From: Thermoanaerobaculia bacterium
GTDB taxonomy: Bacteria > Acidobacteriota > Thermoanaerobaculia > UBA5066
NCBI GenBank assembly: GCA_963719225.1
Contig: CAVRAY010000001.1
Location: forward strand, 640,001-704,000
Reading direction: 5' to 3'
DNA: 64,000 nucleotides
The notes under the pieces were generated by a model. It was not told the DNA's origin, did no database searches, and saw nothing but the letters and a program-made list of their open reading frames with translations. Every line of letters begins with the position of its first letter. Positions within the stretch are counted from its first letter, which is position 1. Shown one piece after another: positions 60,592 to 64,000 of this stretch. The translations under genes and the position numbers were made by a program.

Positions 60592-61634
60592 TTTTTCAGG
60601 AGCTCCTTGAGCTTCCACCACGGCGTGAAGAGACGCCAGACGAGCGAGCGGTGCACCTCACCGAGCATCCCGACGAGGCGCGTGTTCTCCACGGCGAGGG
60701 CCTGCTCGCGCGTTGCGGATTCCTCGCGTGTCGCGGCGAGCTCGGCCTCGAGCTGCAGGAGGCGCTCGTCCCGGGCACCGATTTCACGCGCGAGAGATTC
60801 GGTGTGCGCTCGCAGTACGTTACGCTCGTCGCGGAGTTCGGCGGTGTCCCGGTCGAAGCCGTCCACGAGAGCCATCTCGGTCGCGGGCGACCTCCGATCC
60901 ACGTACTTCTCGAAGAGCTTTCGCCGCGTCGCATGAGCCTCCGGCGAGCCCCAGGCGACTGAAGCGGTCACGTTCGACGCGTCGTCGCGCACGCGATAGA
61001 CGGCCGTCACCCGGGGAATGTGGTGCAGGCGCGTGACCGACGCCAGCCGGATGAGAAAGTCCCAGTCCTCGTAGAGCTCGAAAGTCTCGTCGAACCGGCC
61101 CGCGTCATCGGCGAGAGCGCGCCGATGGACGAGGCCGATGAGCGGCACGTCGTTCTTGTACAGGAGGCGGCTCGAATCCGAAGCGCGCCCGTAGACGTGA
61201 ACCTCGGGCCCGTCGCGGTACTTTCCATCCTCCGAGAGCGTCTGCACGATCTGGCGGACGGACGTGTAGGCGGCGCGGTACTCGTCACTGCCGTCGAGAA
61301 AACGCACCAGCGTCTCGAGGTGCGGCGGCAGGTAGAGGTCGTCGTCGTCGAGGTACGCCACGTAGGTGCCGCGGGCCGCCGCGAGGCCCGCGTTCAACGC
61401 TCGAGTCCTCCCGCCGGGGGGAGGCGGGGAAACTACCGTGATGCCGCGGCCCGGCGCGCCCTCGAGAAGGCCGGCCGGGAGCGGGCCGCCGTCGTTCACG
61501 AGCACGGTCTCGAAGTCGGTGAACGTCTGGGCGCGGAGGCTGCCCAAAGCCTCGGCGAGGAGACCCGGCCTGTCCTTCGTCCGGAGCAGCACGGAGACGC
61601 GCGGCGCGCCCGCCTGATCGACCACTGAACTCAT
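60588..61634 (-). CDS. Glycosyltransferase family 2 with C-terminal coiled coil
   Basis: VSVLLRT, VNDGG, YLDDDD, FDETFELYEDWD; heptad tail ending HRSLVWRLFTPW; start may be GTG 61625. Confidence 0.88.
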   Translation of the reverse strand: MSSVVDQAGAPRVSVLLRTKDRPGLLAEALGSLRAQTFTDFETVLVNDGGPLPAGLLEGAPGRGITVVSPPPPGGRTRALNAGLAAARGTYVAYLDDDDLYLPPHLETLVRFLDGSDEYRAAYTSVRQIVQTLSEDGKYRDGPEVHVYGRASDSSRLLYKNDVPLIGLVHRRALADDAGRFDETFELYEDWDFLIRLASVTRLHHIPRVTAVYRVRDDASNVTASVAWGSPEAHATRRKLFEKYVDRRSPATEMALVDGFDRDTAELRDERNVLRAHTESLAREIGARDERLLQLEAELAATREESATREQALAVENTRLVGMLGEVHRSLVWRLFTPWWKLKELLKK

Positions 61635-61655
61635 TGTAGGCGGTAAGCTTCCGGG

Positions 61656-62438
61656 ATGCCGTCCTCCGATTTCCCGGACGAACGCGAGCTCGTGCCGTAC
61701 GAGACGTCGACGTTCGTCGCGAACCGCGTCGTCGTCTTTGCACCGCATCCGGACGACGAGGTTCTCGGCTGCGGCGGTGCGCTCGCGGACCTCCTCGACC
61801 GCGGCGCCCATCTCGATGTCGTCCTCGTCACGGACGGCGCGGCGGGGGCGGGTGAAGAAAGCGAGCGCGGGAAGATCGCGGCGATGCGCATGGAGGAGTC
61901 CCGCCGGGCCCTCGAATTCCTCGGAGGGGGGATGTTGCATGCGGGCACGTTTCCGGATCGGAGCCTTGGAAACCGGCTCGAAGAGGTGGAGGGGTTCCTC
62001 GCGAAATGGCTTCTGGAGGCCGTGCCGGACCTCGTCTTCGCTCCCTCGCCCGTCGAAACACATCCCGATCATCGCGCCGTCGCCGCTGCCCTCTTCCGAT
62101 TGGCCGCGCGTCCCAAAGACGACGCCGCGGCGCTCGTCCTCGAGGGAGCAAAAGTGGCGTTCTTCGAGCTTTCCCAGCCTTTCCGTCCCAACTTTCTCTT
62201 CGATGCCACCGGCTTTGTCGACCGCAAGGAGCGCGCGATGGGCGCGTTCGCTTCGCAGGCTGCCGTGCGCGACTACGCGGGATTCGTGAGGGGCCTCCAC
62301 GCCTATCGCCGGATGACGCTTTCCGCGGACGTCGCCTCCGTCGAGGCGTACTCCGTTGCAGCCGGCTCGCGGCTGCGGCGCGATCCGGAAGGGGTCATTC
62401 GGGCGCTCCTGCCGGTCGCGCCCGGAAGGGTGGGATAA
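61656..62438 (+). CDS. PIG-L/LmbE family deacetylase
   Basis: APHPDDEVLGCGG, TDG, HPDH, FASQ. Confidence 0.92.
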   Translation: MPSSDFPDERELVPYETSTFVANRVVVFAPHPDDEVLGCGGALADLLDRGAHLDVVLVTDGAAGAGEESERGKIAAMRMEESRRALEFLGGGMLHAGTFPDRSLGNRLEEVEGFLAKWLLEAVPDLVFAPSPVETHPDHRAVAAALFRLAARPKDDAAALVLEGAKVAFFELSQPFRPNFLFDATGFVDRKERAMGAFASQAAVRDYAGFVRGLHAYRRMTLSADVASVEAYSVAAGSRLRRDPEGVIRALLPVAPGRVG

Positions 62439-62476
62439 TGACGTCCGGGACAGGGGACATTCGGCCCCAACGCGGC

Positions 62477-62492
62477 GGGCAGGGCCTTTGCA
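62477..62492 (+). promoter_or_regulatory. Possible sigma54 promoter
   Basis: GGGCAGGGCCTTTGCA, GG-N10-GC, ~48 nt upstream of ATG 62540. Confidence 0.45.
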
Positions 62493-62539
62493 TTTCTGTC
62501 AGGGGGACGAGGAAGGAAAACTCGTCCGGGAGTCCCAAA

Positions 62540-63694
62540 ATGACCATTTCTTCTTCAACTCGACTTCGTCCGGCCCTGGTCGCCTGTGCCGCGCTTTGCG
62601 CGGCCGCCCTCGTCATTCCCCGAGCCGCGAGCGCGGCAGGACACGGCGGCGGGCGTGGAGGGGGCGGTCATTCAGGCGGCCATTCAGGCAGCCGTTCCTC
62701 GGGCGGTTCCAGCCACACCGGCGGCTCCCACACCTCGGGCCGCGGAAGCGTCGCGTTCCACGGGGGCGGATTTCGGGGCGGCAGCCACGGAGGGGGATTT
62801 CATCGCGGCGGCTCCCGCGTCGGCCGGGGTTGGGGCTACTACCCCTGGGGCTGGGGATGGGGATGGTGGCCCTACTCCTCCTGGTGGTGGGGCGGCCCGA
62901 GCGTCTACGTCGTCGCGGGCGACGGGGACGGCGATGGCTACGGAGACGGCTACGACGACGGCTACGCGGGCGTCGCCGCGCGAACCGGACGCTATGCGGC
63001 CGTGAAGACCGACATCTCGCCCGAGGAGGCGCAGGTCTACCTCGACGGCAAGTACATCGGCTCGGCCGACGACTTCGACGGCAGGCCGGACTTTCTCTAT
63101 CTCGGCCCCGGGAAGTACCGCCTCGAGTTCCGTCTGCCGAATTACGCGACCTTCGCGACCGATCTCGACGTCACGAGCGGCCAGCGCGTGCGTCTCGACC
63201 AGAAGCTGAAGCTCGAGCCGGGCAAGAGCACCCTGGACCAGTTCCCGCCCGAATCGAAGGGGACGCCTCTCGGCCGCGTCTTCACGAAGGGCGGACCCGA
63301 GGGGCCCGATGAGGCGGCTCCCGCGCCGCCGCCGCATCGACGCTCCATGCGTCGCGAAAGCCGTGACGATGGCTGGAGCGACCGCAACGCTCCGCCTCCG
63401 GGTGAGCGCGCGGTCTCCGAAGAGCGCATGGACGTCCGCCCCGAGCCCCTGCCGCGAGCCGCGGGGAACCGCGCGCGCATGAGGTTCAAGGTGACGCCCG
63501 AGGACGCCGCGGTCTACGTCGACGACAGGTACCTCGGCGTGAGCGAAGACCTCGGCGCGAACCCGCGAGGGGTCGTCACGGATCCCGGCAAGCACACGAT
63601 CACCGTCACGCGGCCCGGCTACAAGTCGAAGACCGTCGACATCAACGTGCGCATCGGCGCGCCGGTGGACGTCGTCGTGGAGCTCGAGAAGTAA
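62540..63694 (+). CDS. Secreted PEGA-domain protein with Gly/His/Arg-rich and Trp/Tyr-rich low-complexity N-region
   Basis: Signal peptide; two PEGA repeats (PEEAQVYLDGKYIG; PEDAAVYVDDRYLG..PGKHTITVTRPGY). Confidence 0.85.
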   Translation: MTISSSTRLRPALVACAALCAAALVIPRAASAAGHGGGRGGGGHSGGHSGSRSSGGSSHTGGSHTSGRGSVAFHGGGFRGGSHGGGFHRGGSRVGRGWGYYPWGWGWGWWPYSSWWWGGPSVYVVAGDGDGDGYGDGYDDGYAGVAARTGRYAAVKTDISPEEAQVYLDGKYIGSADDFDGRPDFLYLGPGKYRLEFRLPNYATFATDLDVTSGQRVRLDQKLKLEPGKSTLDQFPPESKGTPLGRVFTKGGPEGPDEAAPAPPPHRRSMRRESRDDGWSDRNAPPPGERAVSEERMDVRPEPLPRAAGNRARMRFKVTPEDAAVYVDDRYLGVSEDLGANPRGVVTDPGKHTITVTRPGYKSKTVDINVRIGAPVDVVVELEK

Positions 63695-63724
63695 GCTCGG
63701 CAAGAAAACAACTCGTTCGCCATG

Positions 63725-63752
63725 AAGGGCCCGGTTCGCCGGGCCCTTTTTC
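63725..63752 (+). terminator. Rho-independent terminator
   Basis: AAGGGCCCGG-TTCG-CCGGGCCCTT plus T tract. Confidence 0.9.
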
Positions 63753-63859
63753 TGTTTCACGGTCGAGGTGGAACGTGTCAGACACACGCCTCCGAGACCG
63801 TTCCCGTTCAATTCCCTCTGAACCCGCGTGAAAAGGGCGAATTCCGCACGTTCATGACC

Positions 63860-63875
63860 TGGCCGTGGTCTTGCA
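63860..63875 (+). promoter_or_regulatory. Possible sigma54 promoter
   Basis: TGGCCGTGGTCTTGCA, GG-N10-GC, ~50 nt upstream of ATG 63927. Confidence 0.55.
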
Positions 63876-63926
63876 AATCCCGAAGCGCAACGACGGTTCG
63901 GAAAGTGACGTGGCAGGAGGCGTTCC

Positions 63927-64000
63927 ATGGCGACAGGAAGAATCTCATCGACCCTGACGGCCCTCATCGCGGTTGCCGCGATGACCGCTCTTCCGGCGCT
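63927..64000 (+). CDS. Secreted protein, 3'-truncated by window edge
   Basis: AGGAGG RBS; MATGRISSTLTALIAVAAMTALPA signal peptide. Confidence 0.65.
   Translation, partial: MATGRISSTLTALIAVAAMTALPA

Overview
High-GC, gene-dense bacterial chromosomal segment. The gene families (PCRxxDTR C-terminal domain protein, 'PAATLLxPY' secreted protein, GxxGxxWxTDL modules, sigma54 two-component system) suggest an Acidobacteriota/Thermoanaerobaculia-like organism; this is inference. About 55 CDS were called. I saw no rRNA, tRNA, CRISPR array or transposase. Left half: CPBP membrane protease, beta-helix exoprotein, SNF2+SWIM pair, two gene remnants, rsmI, vapBC-surA-like, slt-hinT-murA-prmC, a PAS-REC protein lacking a kinase domain, a heme O/A biogenesis module, an NSAR/OSBS-M20-GNAT trio, prfA-rpmE, an FHA-GAF-PP2C phosphatase and a sigma54 two-component system. 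Right half: proline dehydrogenase, comF, Lrp, glgC, DnaJ-class chaperone, an XRE-TPR-secreted protein operon, and a ~18 kb cell-surface locus. In that locus wzm and wzt are split by an FG-GAP lipoprotein, a probable S-layer-type major surface protein and a giant PKD adhesin (the last two are riddled with frameshifts), followed by glycosyltransferases, a GNAT and a PIG-L deacetylase. Best candidates for something new: (1) this surface-layer glycoprotein system; (2) an orphan sigma54 promoter with enhancer and IHF-like sites at 38.7-38.86 kb that appears to drive an unannotated ~200-nt sRNA; (3) a split XRE/TPR regulator that resembles RRNPP peptide sensors.
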